Shown piece by piece: positions 49,985-63,600 of a stretch of DNA of 64,000 nt (the stretch's first letter is position 1; every line of letters starts with the position of its first letter). A program made the position numbers and the translations under genes. Source of the stretch: Sphyrna mokarran (Eukaryota); the NCBI GenBank assembly GCA_024679065.1, contig JAGIQG010000005.1:50716001-50780000 (forward strand), read 5' to 3'. The notes below the pieces were generated by a model. That model searched no databases. It saw only the letters and a list, made by a program, of their open reading frames with translations, and had not been told where the DNA came from.

Positions 49985-50550
49985 ACTTATATTCTCCCAC
50001 CATGTTGCACTTTATAACTTCTGGCAGATCCCTTTAGATGAAGAATCTTTTAAACTTACTACATTCATGCTTCTGGAAGGCAGACATCATTTTCTTCATA
50101 TGACCTATGGGATCTCCAATAACAACAAGGTCTTCCAGCTGTGAATAGAGCAACTCTTCACAGGACAACCTTGCAAAATCATTGTTGATGATGTTGTGAT
50201 TTAAGGTTGTACTATGCAAGAACATGCATGTCTTCATCTTGTCCTTGACAGCAATTGGGACAATACAACTGAAGTTTAACCATACAAAGTACAGATGCAG
50301 AATCATTATATGTATCATCTGCTCAGCATGAACCAGATGAGATAATGGTTAGACAATGAATGGCTATTCCTGTGGACATGCAAGCTCTGCAGCATTTTCA
50401 ACAGATACCTTCCAACACAGACTTTGCACAGTCTGCATCCAGAGTAGCAGACCAAGAGCCTTTGCATCAAGGGCACTCACCAACAATGAAACTCATTATG
50501 CACACATTTAAAAGAAATTATTTGCTTTAGTCTTTGACTGTTAGAAATTT
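49985..50550 (+). mobile_element. Ty3/Gypsy RT(-RNase H) fragment, different lineage from the Gmr1-like element
   Basis: FWQIPLDEESFKLTTF..GRHHFLHMTYGIS...VFQ, then IIVDDV; YAHI.KKLFALVF RNase H-like remnant at ~50500. Confidence 0.75.
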
Positions 50551-50644
50551 GAAACCAGGCCAAGGAGCTGGGGATAGGGTGGGGGAGGGGCAGCGGTAGG
50601 TGGGGGACATGGGTGCTGAGTTGGCAGAAAGGGGGGAACAATTG

Positions 50645-51003
50645 ATAGGATAGTCAGAAGCTTTTTTGGATAATCAGAAGATTTTTCTCAGGGTGGAAGA
50701 GTTAGTTAGTGGGGATACAGGTTTAAGATGTAATGGGCAAGTTTTAAAGGAGATATATGAGGCAGATTTTTTACACAGATAGTAGTGGGTGCCTGGAACT
50801 CATTGCTGGCGGAGGTAGTGGAAATGGATACGGTAGTGACTTTTAAGGAGCATCTTAACAAATACATGAATAGGATGGGAACAGAGGGATATGGTCTCCA
50901 GAAGGGTGGGCACTTTTAGTTAAGGCAGGCAACATAATCAGTGCAGGCTTGAAGGGCAGAAGGGCCTGTTCCTATGCTGTAATTTTGTTTGTTCTTTATT
51001 TTT
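50645..51003 (+). mobile_element. CR1 3' fragment
   Basis: Same family as 550-878 (GGATAGTCAGAAGCTTTTT...GGGCCTGTTCCTATGCTGTAATTTTGTTTGTTCTTT). Confidence 0.9.
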
Positions 51004-51599
51004 TGTAGCTGGACTGGCCCAAGGGAGTGGGGGAAGGGGGAGGACTGAAAGAAAGGGGGTCTGGGATATCGTCAGACCAGGTCACGAGTGGGAACGAAGG
51101 CTGGGCTGGGGGAGGGGATATTGGACTGGGCCAGGAGGGTGGGCATAGGGTCAGTCGAAGTGGGCAAGGATAGGGAGAGGGGTCGGAGCATGTTTGGTGG
51201 ATCTGTGAGATGGTATGAGGCTCAGTCTGAGTTCTTTAAATAGTTACTCTGGTGTTAAAAGTCTTTTTTTTCTTTTTCAAAACAAATATCAGAACGAAAC
51301 TGGTAAATTGCTCCTGTTGGATCGTACCCAGTCCAATGCAATTGTTCAGGGGAAATTAGCACTTCTATGCAATTGTCTGGTAAACACTTAAGTGGGAACT
51401 TCCTCGAGAAGTTGTCCACTGCCTCTTGGGTTAACGCCCAAATCCCATGTTGGAGAACCAGGAAGTTACGGGCTAAGTGGCATGAGACACATTTTGTACC
51501 CTGCCTTATCCTTAATATGTGAACATCTATGAAGATGAGTGACAGTGAAGGCGCATTGGATAATTTTCATGTTTAGTAAATGTTTTTGCTGTGGAAAGC

Positions 51600-54060
51600 T
51601 AATTGAAAGCCTGTGACTGTTCATCCACGCTTTCTAAAAATATCTTATTTTTAGAAAGCATCTTACGGCCCCGAGCTCAGAAATTCCCGCCTGAGATCAA
51701 TGGAGATTTCTATAATCGGACCCTGATCCGCTCCGATTCCATGGCGGGCGAGGTGGTAGGGTTCCTGTCTTTTCAGCTAGGGCTCCATTCTAGGAGTAGT
51801 AACATCAACATGTGATGAATCTGAAGGTGAATTCAGTCGCAGGGATGCGGGCGAGGGTGTGGGTCAGAGTCTGGGACGGATTCCTGTAGTGAGTCTTGGT
51901 ATGAGTCACACATTAACTTGCCTGTGAACAACAGACACTAACTCGGCAGGAGGTGGATCGGACCTGCAACCATATCCGAGTCTGAATTTGAAAACCAAAG
52001 CTGGAGCAGCGAGTAATGACTTTATTCCAGTGGGATAGTCCTGCTAACGGACGCGTGTGCCAATTCCATACAGCTTTGGACTGTCAGTACTTATTGAGCC
52101 TGTCCTAAGTGGCAATTTAATACGAAGTTAGAGGGAGAATGGCTAAAGGGCCATTAATCCAATATACAGTAAATATACTTGGTTCCTACATCAGTAGATA
52201 ATGTACTGATGTGCAAAGTGAAGGTATGTGGGCTAAATTACACTGCTCTGGAACTGCACCCGGCCCCATTTGCGGTCACTTGTCCAACACAGGCAATATC
52301 ACATGTATCGTTTTACGGGTGCTGTATGGTGGTGTTTCAAGCAATGAAAAGCAAAGTGGACGTTGCCCTTACAGCGGCTGGAGTGATGCTGGTACACTGA
52401 ATAAAGTTTCTTTCGGAAATCTTCACTTCACTTCTCTGTGGGGGGCGAGCGGGGTGGTGGGGGAGGTGTGGAGAGACATAACGAAGATTCCGAAGTTGAC
52501 AATAAGTAAGGCCAAACCACACACTTTGAAATACTATTGAATCATTTATAATCTGGGCCCGTGTGAGAAAGAATAATATAATAGGTGCGTATTTTATTTG
52601 TGTGAGCCTTTATATTCCCTTCTACCAAACTTTCCATGTGTGTTTTGCTCATATTTATATATAGATGTTTGCTGTGTGCAAGTTTGCATACTGCCCATAT
52701 ATGTGTTTGTCTTGCGTATTTGAGATCTAAGTGCCAATGTATGCATACGGATGTGACAGGGACACGTGCAGTCTCTTCTGAGATCCCGTTCCCCGGGCTC
52801 GCTGGACGTGCTAAAGCTGTTCCAGAGTGTGGGGCTTACTCTCTGGAAGAGCAGGTTGCAAGGCGTTCCAGCCAGTGCGGTTTGAGAGGCAGACTTCGCT
52901 GTGTTTGCTCCAGCTCAGCCCCTGAGCAGCTGTTCAAATACAAGAGCTGCTAACTGTGACGTGACGGGGGTTTTAAAAGGGCCCCAAACCTTTGAACTGC
53001 ACAAAGATCTGTGATGTAGCCTTCTCTCCGATGCAGGAAGTTTCTCAGCTGGTTTATTTAAGAGCCTTCTGCCCTCCCTCTGAACACATCCGCAGGCAAT
53101 TGAAAGTGAACAGAAAAATCAGAAAGATGATGATCTCCTCCGGCAACCGTTTAGCTGGTTTTGATCATCTCTGAAATTAATGCATTCGCTTTATTTCTGC
53201 TCATTCCTCGATTGAAGAATTGCAGATTACATTTGCTGTTAATATTGTTTAGCACCTTATGTGGGTGCTGGAACACAACAAGAAACTTGTATCTATATGC
53301 ATTATCCTTTTTTACCATTAGCTTACATGGTTCTATCCTGTTAGCCGTATATCGATATAGACTAAACATATATTACACATTTATTCACTGCAGTGTATAA
53401 CATATAAAAAAATGAACGGTCTCATATTGGCTTCGCTTGGGCTGTCCAAATCTTAAAACGGTCAGCACCACTGAGACATTTACTTTCGACATATTTGTTT
53501 GACACCTTTTAATAAAGTTTACGCTTTTTTTCTGCCCACATATTCATCTCTATCCGCCCATTTATCTGTGGGTGTGTAGCTGCCTCTTGTGATGTTTGAC
53601 AGACGCTTGCTTTGGGAACAGTATTTGCAGTCTAGTCACTTTCACTTACATCACACAGATAATTTCCAAGACTGAACCGGAAGTGTTCAGCCCGATTCCT
53701 ATTTGTTCCAGATTTGCACCAACTGTGAGTTCCAGCAATAACGGACCGGGACATTTTCATGTCGCCCCCATGTCTAGCCGAACCAGCAGTTGAATTGCTG
53801 CTCCTGGAGTTTCCTATCTATTGCACGGGCCTGCTACATCCACCTTATTCATTCATCAAGACAAACACAAGTTATTCACATGTCCCACTCCTCACTATCT
53901 AATGAAATGCCAAACTGAAGAAGAGCAAATTACGAGTATTTATTAAATCTAACACTGAGCTGGCAATTTTGCATTTTATTCCGTCGTCGTTATTATTTTG
54001 AATGGCTACAGGCACTGTCCGCTTTAACCCATTTAACTCTGCACAGGATTTGACATAATT
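51600..54060. promoter_or_regulatory. CpG-retaining unique segment, candidate distal pou3f2 regulatory region
   Basis: CpG frequency rises again; few TEs; E-box CAGCTG and TGACGTGACG at ~52926-52966. Confidence 0.4.
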
Positions 54061-54074
54061 GTTCTTAAATTGGC

Positions 54075-57000
54075 ATAGGCAGGCGCTTCTGTGGCCAGAA
54101 ACCAGACGCTAGGATGGTGTCTTACCTCCCTGGTGCCAGAGTCCTGGATGTCTCTGAGCAGGTACAGGCATCCTGAAACGGGAGCATAAAAAGACAGACA
54201 TCATTGTCCACACTGGCACTAATGACATAGGCAGGAAGAAGGAAGAGGTCCTGCAAAGACAATTCAGTGAGTTAGGTTGGGAGCTAAAAATCAGGATCTC
54301 TAGAAAGTAATCTCAGGATTACTTTCCACGCCACATGCTTGGAACAGGAGGGTAGTACAGTTGAACACGTGGCTAAAGAGATATTGTAAGACAGAGGAGT
54401 TTAGATATATGGATCACTGAGATGTCTTCTGGAGAAATGGGACTTGTACAAGAAGGACAGGTTGCACCTGAACTGGAGGGGCACGAATATACTGGGTAGG
54501 AGGTTTGCTGATGCTGTTCGAGAAGTTTAAACTAGTGCGTCAGGGCGCTGGGAACTGGAACAGCAAGCCAGTAAGTGTAGAGACTGAGGAAAAAAGTGAG
54601 ATTGAGATAACATAGCACAGAGTAAGAGCAGGCAAAGGAAAACGGTATGGCTCAGCAGAACTGAAGATCTGGCGTGTATTTGCTTCAAGGCAACAAGTAT
54701 AACAGGTAAAACAGGTGAACTGAGATTCTGGATTAGTGCATGAAATTTTGATACTATTGCAATTACAGTGACATGGTTAAAGAAGGACAGGATTGGCAGC
54801 TTAATTTTCTGGGGTGTCATTGTTTTAAATGGTCAGAAAGGGAAACAAAAGGAGTGAGAGGGTTACATTGCTGTTTAGGGAGGCAATTACAGCTGTGTTG
54901 AGGGAGGGCACATTGGAGAGATTTTGTAGGGAGGCATTTTGAACAAAGAACAAGAAAAAATAAACACAGGACCAGCCCCGTTGGCCTTCCAAGCCTTCAG
55001 TGACTGTGCTGCCTGACGGAACTAAAATCCCCTATCCTTCGGCAACTATATCCCTCTACTCCCATCCTATTCATGTATTTGTCCAGACACCACCTAAAAG
55101 TCACTATTTTATCTGTTTCCACTGCCTCCCCCGGCAGCAAGTTCCAGGCACTCACCCCGCTCTGTGTAAAAAACTTGGAGTGGAGCTCAGGGTAGAATTC
55201 AGGAATAAAAAGGATGGAATCAGAATGTTGGGAGTGTACTGTAGACCTCCCAACAACCCACAGCAGACAGAGAGGCAGTTGTGTAACTAGGTACTGAAAA
55301 AGTGTGAAAAAACAAGGTAGTTGTAATGCATGACTTTAACATCCTCCACATTGACTGGGAAACCCTTACAGCCAGGGGCTCAGATGGGGAGCAATTTGTT
55401 TGATGTATCCAGGAGGGCTTTTGATACAGTATGTATCAGGAAGGGAGCCATATTAGACATGGTATTGAGGAATGAGCTAGGCAAGGCAATCGATGTTTCA
55501 GTGGCAGCCTTTTGAGTTTAGCGACCATAAGTCATCATGGATAATGATAAGAGTGGTTCTCAGGTGAGGGTGCTTAATTGGGTGAGGACCACTTACATCC
55601 AAATGAGACAGGAATGGGGAATGTGGATTGGGACTGGCTATTTGAGTCAAACCCAATGTGGAAGGCTTTTAAAGGCCAGTTGATTGAAATGCAGGACAGG
55701 CATGTCCCTGCAAAAATGAAGAATAGATATGGCAGGATTCAGGAACAATGAATACAAGATAAATTGTATGCTTAGTCAAAAGGGAAAAGAAAGCATATGA
55801 TAGGTCTAGGCATCTAAAAACTGACAAAGCCCTTGAGGAGTATAGTGAAAGTAGGAACAAACTTAAATTTGGAATTAGGGATACTAAAAGGAGCCATGAA
55901 ATGTTTTTAGCAAACAGGGTCAAGGAGAATCACAGGGCTTTTAATGCAAATATTAGGAGCAAGAGAGTAGCAAGAGAAAGAGTAGGTCCATTCAAGGACA
56001 ATGGAGGGAAGTTATTCATGGAACTACAGGAAGTGGGTGACATCCTTAATGAGAACTTTGTATTGGTATTTACCAAGGAGAAGGACATGACGGATGTTGA
56101 GATCAGGAATAGGTTTGTGAATGCTCTTGAGAACATTTGAGAAAATGTTGCATATACTAAATTGCATTAAAGTAGACAAGTCCTCCAGGGCTGAATGAGA
56201 TTCATCTCAGATTACTTCAAAAGGCATGGGGAGAAATAGCTGGAGTCTTCACTTCCTCTTTGACTACAGGTGAGGTTCCAGAGGGCTGGAGGATAGCCAA
56301 TGTTGTTTCCTTGTTTAAGAAAGGAAGCAGGGGCAATCCAGCAAATTATATGTTGTGAGCCTGACATCAGTGATGGGGAAGTTTTGGAGAAGATGCTGAG
56401 GGACAGAATATATGCACATTTGGAAGAAATGGATTGGTTAGTGATAGGCAGCATGGTTTTGCACGGGGAAGATCATGTCTCACCAACTTGATTGCATTTT
56501 TTGAAGAGATGACAAAGATCATTGATGAAGGAAGGGCTGTGGATGTAGTTTATACGGACTTTAGTATGGTGTTTGACAAGGCCCCATATAGCAAACTCCT
56601 ACAAAAACATGGTATTTGTGTGGGCTGGATACAGAATTGGCTTGCTATGGAAGATAGAATGTAGTGGTGGAAGAACATTTTTTGGAATGGAGACCTGTAG
56701 CTAATGTGTTAAGCAGGGATCAGTGCTGGGATCTCTGTTGTTTGTAGTATATATAAATGACCTGGAGGAAAATGTGGGTGGATTAATAAGTTTGCAGATA
56801 ACACAAAGATTGGCAAAGTTGCTGATATTGCCAAGGATGGTCAAAGGATACAACAGGATATAGATGGGCACAGAAATGGCACATGAAGATTAATGAGGAC
56901 AAATGCGAGGTGATGCATTTTGGAGGATAAAATTTAGGTATGAATTATACTGCAAATGGCAGAACCCGTAAGAACATTAAGAGGGATCTGCATGTGCAGG

Positions 57001-57667
57001 GCCACAGTTCCCTAAAGTGGCAACACAAATGTTCAAGGTGATTAAGAAGGCATATGGCATGCTTGCCTTCATCGGCCCAGGCATTGAGTACAACAGTTGG
57101 GAAATCATGTTGCAGCAATATAAAATCTTGGTTAGGCCACATTTGGAGTATTGTGTGCAGTTCTGGTCACCACACGACCAGAAGGACGTGGAAGCTTTGG
57201 CAGGAATGCAAAAAAGGTTCACCAGGATGTTCCCTGGTCTGGAGGATGTTTACTATGAGGAGACGTTGAATAAACTATGTTTGTTTTCCCTGGAAAGACT
57301 AAGGCTAAGGGGAGACCTGATAGAGGTCTACAGACAGGATGGATAGTCAGAGGCTTTTTCCCAGGGTGCAAGTGTCAATTACAAGAGGACACAGGGGTTC
57401 AAGGTGAAAGTGAGGGGGGGGGGGTGTAGGGAAGAGATGGAATTTAAGAGACATGTATGGTAGAAGCTTTTCACGCACAGAGTTGTGGGTACCAGAGGAG
57501 GTGGTTCAAGGAGGCACATTAGCAACATTTAAGAGGGATCTGATGGGAACATGAATAGGGAGGGAGTAAGGGCAGAAGCGTTTTTTTTAGTTTAGCTAGG
57601 GCATTATGATCGGCACGGGCTTGGAGGGCCGAAGGGCCTGTTCTTGTGCTCTACTGTTCTTTGTTCT
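54075..57667 (+). mobile_element. Long CR1 LINE (ORF1 SGNH esterase, ORF2 EN-RT, tail), inactive
   Basis: LPGARV.DV, GTNDIG, KKDRLHLN (ORF1); GVYCRPP; RQHGFARGRSCLTNLI..DVVYTDFS; VRPHLEYCVQFWSPH; tail GGGCCTGTTCTTGTGCTCTACTGTTCTTTGTTCT. Confidence 0.92.
54940..55177 (-). mobile_element. CR1 3' fragment nested antisense in the long CR1
   Basis: GAACAAAGAACAAG...CCATCCTATTCATGTATTTGTCCAGA...GTTCCAGGCACTCACCCCGCTCTGTGTAAAAAA. Confidence 0.85.
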
Positions 57668-57669
57668 AA

Positions 57670-60600
57670 ATCAGATTTTTCTTTGTAAATTAAGGCTTTC
57701 CGGTTTTCTAAAGGAACCCACAGACAGCGGCAATTAAAATAACTTTTCTTTCCCTCTCCGCCTTTAAACCATAAAACACAACTCAATCGCTTCCACACAC
57801 CACCTATCTATCAGGAATGGAGAGCAGGCTGTGGTCAAAGTCCCGCTGCCTAAGGCGGGCTTTGCTGTTTCACTGGTGATGTCATCCTTCCCACAAGTTT
57901 GCATTGGCAGAAGATGGAGCTGTATTCCTGTTTAGACTTTCAAACAGCCTCGCCTCTTTCTTCTCTAACAAATCTGTGTCCTTTACAGACAGCGAGACTG
58001 TTTTACTTCTCGCACTGACCCGTTGCCCTGTGCAGAAGGGATGTCGTTTGCTTATATTCTTTCCTACGAATACCAACCTGCACTGTGTGCAGGGACGGTA
58101 ATTTCGCGAAGTGAACTTGAAACGATCCTCAGCACCCGCAAGATAATTCGCCCTCACCCACTCCCCAACCCTTTGCAGTCGATTTTAGAGGGGCTTCAGC
58201 TTGGAACCCTGAGCGTAACAGAACACCAATTCACTCAATAGTTACACCCATACTTTTTAAAGTTTTTCTAAAAAAAAGTTTCAATGTCTTAAGCTTTTGT
58301 AGAGCAGAATTTCTGAATCTTTCAAGGCAGAAAAAATTGCGATGAAGTTGGTCCATTTTCCCCGCTGGATGATGCAGCAATTTGAGAAATAAATGTAACA
58401 GATGCATCTCTTTCTGGGCTCCGGCAGGATGTTCTATTGTCCCGAGAAGGTGCATTTTTGCCGAGACGCTCGGCGTTGCTATAGTGAGGCGCAGAAATGA
58501 AATAACAAAGCTCTCACTAAAGCTGTGTTTGGGTGTCCTCGCACAACTGAAGGCTTCTTTTAAAACTCTCAGAAAGTGGATCAGCCTCAGCCAAAATAAA
58601 AGTCCAGCGCCCGCCGGGGCCAGATGAGTGAAGGAGGCCGATGCTGCTGCTTTCGGGCAAAAATAAATACAGCAAATGTAAATAAACAAATTGGGGGGTT
58701 GACTTCAGAGATAGAACGAAAACCTCCGTGCGGTGGACTGACCGGGCGCAGTGAGAAAATTGATGTATTTTAGACCCGCTGACCGGTCTGGGGGCTTAAA
58801 TTCGACTCGGTGAAGGTGTCACTGTTGACAGTGTCAATCAATAACGGAAAAGGTTCAGCTCCTAATTCATCTGGAAGCAAAGATTTAAAGTGGCAAGGCT
58901 GCTTGGCGGCTTCACTCTTTCTTAAAAGGCTGTGTGATTAATGCTTTCATTTTTGATAAACCAAATGCGATTCAATATTGCATATAACAAACTTGTATCA
59001 AGATCCTTGCCATTTTTCCGAGATGCGAGAATTTTTTTCAGGCTCTGGTGATGCAAAAGAAACTTTAACTTTGCTCCCATATTAAAGCAGGGCACATTAC
59101 AAATCAATCCCTCTTTTAGCACGACTGAGGTCCATATTCAACACACGCATTGAGTGATGACCCCTCCACCCCCCAAAAAACTTTTGCGCTAAATGGCGGA
59201 CTCTTATTTTGCAAAGGAGATGCAATTAGCTTTGTATTGCCACTCTATGAAAGCTAGTAGAATATAAGTAACCGCTGTGGGAGAAGATCTAGCGGGCGCA
59301 TAAAACCGAAATAAAACTATATAAGCAAAAAAAAAGGCAGAAAGGAGGCTGTGGAGGGCATTCATCATTAAGATGTTTCAAAGTACAGAGCCGATGGCTG
59401 TGACCTGCTTTCGCAACAGTGCTACGGGGCCTCCAAAAGACTTAACGGTTAGTTCTGGATATACTAAAAAAAAGTGACATGGGGAGTGAAAGAAAAAAGG
59501 AGTGACGCGACCAAGAAAGAGCACGAAAGGACAAACAGGGTATAATTATTTATCTATCTGTCTGTCTATATGTCCCGTCCATTCATCTGTTTGTGTGCGT
59601 TACATTTAAACTCATGCAAATAAGTATGCTGTACATCGGTCTACATGCATGTACTTTCTGTGCATGTTTCCTGAGTTTTAAGGGAATGAGGATTAGGTAT
59701 TACAGAGTAGCTCAGATAGACAAATTAATTAGTACTTAATTATGTATCCAATAATCAGTTACTTTCACTTGTCCTTAGTAAGACCATGTCAAGGTATTAT
59801 CACCCATTATCCATATCGGCTACAATTTGACAGTATTTACATTGAAAATATCATGGCATGCTGAGCAAGCAAGTCTTCATTGGCCTTCTTAAACATTATT
59901 GCTTTTTTTGTCTCAGGTGTGGAAATAGATGTTACTTTGCCCCGTGCTGAAACATTACCGGTCGTTACGCCTTTAGCGTGGGCAAGCGGCTGAAGCTGCT
60001 TCCAAAGGAGGTATTCTGGCTGGATAATTGAATTCTAATTCTTTCTGAAATGTAACATCAGCAAGAGCAAGAACGACATGCAAAACAACTGATTCCGGGA
60101 AAAAAAAACAGTGCACGTCAACGGCCACTGAGTTAGGGGCTAAAGATGCAAAAATGTACGCAAAAAAACCCCCTCCAAATGAAGAGAACATTTACTCTAA
60201 TTGGGTTATAATTATCAGAGTCACAAAATAGACGCGGAGGCTTAAACATTACGTGTTGGAAGAAAAGAAAAACACATTATTTTAATAGTTTGATATGCAA
60301 ACTATGGAACATTCAATTACATGGCTTAATAATGCATACATGATGTGATCTTGTTATTTGTATGGGAAGGGTTGCAATAATTCACTCTAAGGCCCACCGT
60401 GTTCACACATAAAGTAAAATCCATTGGTATGGATCATCGTTTCCTGCCAAACTACATTGAAGAGAATACAAATCAATGAAAAATAATTTGGGCGTTAAAT
60501 TAACAGTAATTATTTGACCTGCTCGCTGTAGAGATTAAATTTCTTACGCCCTAATTAGATAACATTTCCAGATGCATCGAGCAATTTATCTTTTCAATTT

Positions 60601-63600
60601 GCATATTTCTACTCCGGCCTGTGGAAATAGTTAAAATGACATTTTTAAAACAGACTGCACACGGATGCTTGGCAAGTGAAAACTAGTTGGCAGGACACAG
60701 AGGCACGTACAAAACAGGAACACGTGCAGACAAACACAGATACCGGCATTACAGAGACACCCCGGCAGAGGCACACAGTTCTAAACATTCACGCCCAGAC
60801 ACCAGCCATTCATGGGTTCAAAGTAGCTTGTTAATAGCTCCCCATTAAAGAAAGAAACTGTGATTTGAAACTTCAGAAAGAACGTTACCGTGTTCTTCGA
60901 AAAAATAATCCATCGTTTCTTCCTTTCGCTGTTACTTCCAACAACTGTGCATTTCGATTGGCAACAACCCGTTTCTGAGTTTCAAAAATTAAAAAAAAGT
61001 TTGCCAAGTTATAAATAGCCTTTATTCCTCCAAGCGAATGCATCCATTTAAAAGGAGCTATTGTTCAGAACGGGGCGGCCACCTGCTGCCCTTTGGTGTT
61101 GTCCGGTGCAGGAGATAATGCTTTCAGTTAATGTTACATTGCTCTATAGTAAACCGATAACATTAACAAGCTGATAGGCGAACCGATGCCGGACAGTGTT
61201 GTATAGATTGGAGTTTGGAACGTTTTTGTTACTGGGGCTTGTTTATTTTATTGCAGTGCGGGATTTGTAACTGTTAAGAAATAACATTGTATTAACAGGA
61301 ATACGGTGTGGGGCGTTTGGGAGTCAGTGCCTTGCACACACTTAAAACAAGAATGCTGCTGATAGTGTCAAAGCAACTACCTCTTATTGTGCTTTACAAA
61401 ATCATGAAGCACTTACCACCACTGTTGCCATAAGTAACTCGACCCCCTCCTCTCGACTTATCTCGTCACTTCATATTTAAATGCAGATTGCTAACTAATG
61501 CACATCGCCAGTTAGGCATTTAAGAATTGAATACAAGTAAACGATTCGAAACACAGCAACTAAAACAATAACCAATGGATCTATTCCACAGCTACAGCAG
61601 ATAAAGAAATATGCGGTATTTAAATCGCCTGAAGACGCTTAATGATAGTGGCGATACCGATCTGACACAAACGTGGCTTCTTTCATTGTCTACGGGAGAG
61701 GGAAAAACTAAATAACAAATTCCATGGATTTTCTTAAAAAAGTGATAGAATTAAGATTAAAAATACAAAAATACGCATCAATCTATTTCTAACCGAAATG
61801 TCTGCATTGTGCAATATTTACAAATGTGCTTCGCCAAGTGGACATCATTGCTTTACTGCTGACATTGTCATCAATCAAAAAGCTCTCGACAGCGGGTAAC
61901 TCGTGAGCGGATCTGTGCTAAGCATTTGATAGATCCACCAACGCAGGGCTAAGTTACATCACAGTTCAATCTGCTCGTCTCTCCACATATTTAAAAGTGA
62001 GATGTTTCCAGGACTTTGAAAGTTTGGGGCTTATCGGGCCAGACTTTCTGGCAAAGTCTAATACAAAATTCTGACGTCATGTAGTCAGTATGAGGGCCTT
62101 TGTGTGCCCAGGACAATTCCATCTCTCTCTCTCATCCTCTTCCTCTCTGCTTCTCTTTTCTCTCCCTCCAATTCCACTCTCCTTTTCTGTCTGTCTGCCA
62201 CGTCAGTGTTGCGCTGTGCTTCAATGTCTCAATGTATTTAATCAGTAGCAACCTAACCCTTTTCTCTATCCTTTATTTTTTTCTCTGTCTCCAGGGCCAG
62301 CCCCGGTCTTTCTCAGTTTGCTAAGTAGTCTATTTGTTCTGCGTTTCTCTGTCTCAATCTCTCTCGCCATATCTTCCTCCTCTATCATTCTGCGCTGCCA
62401 TTATCCCTACTTCTTTCATTCCCACTATTGCGTTCTCTTTACCATTCTTTTTACCTTTCTTCCTCCTTTTTATTTCCTTCTGTTTTTTCCTTCTACTTTT
62501 CTCTACCACTTTTCATTATTTTTGCCTTTTTCTCGCCCTCTTTCGTTTGCTAAGATCTGATAGGCAACAGCAACCATTCGCTTACAAACCTCATCAGTTT
62601 AGTTGCAATGGTCAAATTGTGATAAACTTTAAATTAGCTCCTCACCAGAGCACAGATTTTCACGGTATATTTGCGGAATTTGATAAGATGGTAAGGAACT
62701 CGAGTTAATAAAGTACTGCCTCTGCAATCAATCATATAACTGGACAGTTCAAACGTTGTTACACAGTTTAGCCATAATGTGATCACCACCTTTGGATGAA
62801 GCCCATTTGGTGTGTGGGGAAAATGGTTACATTAGTAAGCTAGCTGAAGCCGCCTGAAAGCATAACTAAGTGTGGGTGCTGCGGTTAGTCATCAGGAACT
62901 TCTTTGAAGTGGTTTTTAATGTATTTCAATGCAACACTTCTCCTTCAAGTTCTGCATTCTTACAAGTTAAACAGTAATCCAAAACGTCAGTCAATATTGC
63001 TTTCATAGTTTCCAAAATAGTGACCACATTTTGCACTGAAACCACAGAGTAACAGCGATTAATTATTGCTATTTGAGGCGCCTGGATTGTGAAGCTGTTC
63101 TCAGCATTAAAACAATACCAGCTTTAACACGGTTTACAAGGCTTTATCGCCACCTTCGTAGCAGCTCAGGATACTTTTGAAAAATTCGTGCTCTGTCTGT
63201 AGGTGGAATAGGGAACGTGTTGGCTGGCCCACTTAGGTGAAAAATCCAGCCAATTTAGTTCAAAAGGAGCAAGCAGCTATTAGTTGGATAATAAGTTTGG
63301 TCCAATCTATTGCATTTATATTTGCATATCTGCTCTTTATTTAATGATGGGGCTGAAAGCTTTTCATTAATTCTAAACGTGTTTATATTTTGGATCCTTC
63401 GACTTGAAAGTAACTTCCCCCCCGAATCTGGCAACGTTGCACACTAATTGGAGCCCGCCTTCATACCTTTAATATTTGAGTTATACATATCTACTCAGAC
63501 CAGCGAGTAGCTGGCAACCACCACGCGGTAGCATGAATAGAAGGTTCCAAGCTGTTCCGATATTTAAAGAGCCTCTTTGGTTTTTTGATGCCGTTAATGC

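Noticed and set aside
53461-53480. REST/RE1 site (TCAGCACC...)
   Set aside because: Only the left half matches; the GGACAG half is absent
62100-62708. Hydrophobic Phe/Leu/Ser-rich ORFs as membrane proteins
   Set aside because: Translation artefact of the polypyrimidine tract
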